The notes beneath the pieces were generated by a model. That model did not search any database and had not been told where the DNA came from. It saw only the letters and a list, made by a program, of their open reading frames with translations. From Methylocaldum szegediense (lineage in GTDB: Bacteria > Pseudomonadota > Gammaproteobacteria > Methylococcales > Methylococcaceae), in assembly GCF_949769195.1 (NCBI RefSeq), contig NZ_OX458334.1, positions 1,723-25,722 on the forward strand: a DNA stretch of 24,000 nucleotides, given 5' to 3'. The translations under genes were made by a program, and so were the position numbers. Of the stretch, positions 23,101 to 24,000 are shown one piece after another (the first letter of the stretch is position 1; each line of letters starts with the position of its first letter).

Positions 23101-23976
23101 TCATTTTGTGACCAGGTTCACAATTTGTTCCCCGTCCGCGGGCACCGCCGCCGGGAAGCCTTGATCGGCTTCCGTTTCGGCCCTCTCGAACTCGAGAACA
23201 ATGTCCTTCGCGCGCCAATTCCTCACTTCGCCGAGGGCCTCCAGTTCCCCCATCGCTTCTCGCAGGCGCTGCCGAAACTCCCGAACGCTCTTGCTCTCGG
23301 AGCCGCAGAGATGGAGCAGCCCGTCAATGCCGACACGGTGACTGACTCCGGGCGGATGCGACCGGACGAAACAGTGGATCCACTTCGCCAAATCCGAGCG
23401 CAGTGCGCTTCGGGTCTGCCACGCCAGCAGCGAATAGCCGTCGTCGAACAACATGGCGAGGCGGGGATTCACGGTCAGCACGTACTCATTAGTGTCGCCG
23501 TCGTGAAAGAACTCGTGCACCAGGGAACCCGTGTAGCTGCGGTTCCCGACGCCAATCTCGACGGCGCAGGCGGTCAGTCGCGTGAGCACCGCTTTCAGCC
23601 ATTCGCGGTTTTGCTTGCCTTTCGATCGTCCGATGCCGTTCAAAAAACCGTACGCGCTGAAGCGGACCTGCGAGCCGAGGGTGTGGTGTCGGGCAAGATG
23701 AACGGCGAACAGCCATACATCGAGATCGGACTGGTCCAGCTTCATCCCGGTGTAGCGGATCGTGACGCCGGGCCAGCTGGCGATCAGCTCCTTTTCGGCA
23801 TACCGGCGCCGCCCGCGGCGAACTACGCCGAACAAGGCCGATCGGACAATCGCGTTGGGAACGCCGCGATTGGGTTCGGGCCACAGCGGCAATTGAATGA
23901 AAGACTTCGAAGGAGAGGACGGGCGTCTACGCTGGCGAAGCGCCAGCGCGGCGGTTTGACTGTCCCGCGGATCCAC
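23101..23976 (-). CDS. trfA: TrfA-family plasmid replication initiator
   Basis: QLPLWPEPNRGVPNAIVRSALFGVVRRGRR is the characteristic TrfA N-terminal motif. GTG start near the window edge. Confidence 0.75.
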   Translation of the reverse strand: MDPRDSQTAALALRQRRRPSSPSKSFIQLPLWPEPNRGVPNAIVRSALFGVVRRGRRRYAEKELIASWPGVTIRYTGMKLDQSDLDVWLFAVHLARHHTLGSQVRFSAYGFLNGIGRSKGKQNREWLKAVLTRLTACAVEIGVGNRSYTGSLVHEFFHDGDTNEYVLTVNPRLAMLFDDGYSLLAWQTRSALRSDLAKWIHCFVRSHPPGVSHRVGIDGLLHLCGSESKSVREFRQRLREAMGELEALGEVRNWRAKDIVLEFERAETEADQGFPAAVPADGEQIVNLVTK

Positions 23977-24000
23977 GTTTTCGGCCAGTTGTTCTTTTTT

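Noticed and set aside
1-24000. Search for cas genes, reverse transcriptases, tyrosine integrases, transposases, relaxase/T4SS genes and rRNA.
   Set aside because: No ORF in the track shows the hallmark motifs of any of these, so none is reported.

Overview
This window looks like a plasmid segment. It has a high-GC backbone (roughly 62-70% by eye) interrupted by lower-GC islands at about 2350-2800, 7830-9100, 13000-14200 and 16880-17100. Backbone genes: a KfrA-like protein, two serine recombinases, a ParA/ParG-like partition pair with a repeated operator or centromere motif, and two adjacent replication initiators (IncFII-RepA-like and TrfA-like). Accessory content: a phage-type recombination module (Gp157-like plus a possible annealing protein); a vsr/dcm/GIY-YIG type II restriction-modification cassette; an XRE-ImmA/IrrE fusion; a five-gene P-loop ATPase/membrane operon; a WGR/DUF3574 pair; a tRNA-like gene with an expanded anticodon arm; and a CRISPR array of 16 repeats and 15 spacers with no cas gene anywhere in the 24 kb. 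The most unusual feature is a 1.05 kb tract (5847-6893) with only 14 T on the + strand, so the - strand is almost A-free. On the - strand it carries two apparently translationally coupled ORFs written almost without adenine. The distal ORF aligns by eye to the DprA/Smf Rossmann domain. Upstream of these ORFs on the - strand lies a ~250 nt imperfect hairpin, then a GC-rich, apparently non-coding region enriched in the GCGAAGC mini-hairpin word, which runs up to the trailer end of the CRISPR array. A promoter/terminator-bounded candidate ncRNA (13881-14166) carries a circularly permuted copy of the CRISPR repeat words. All family assignments come from motif recognition by eye. No database search was run.
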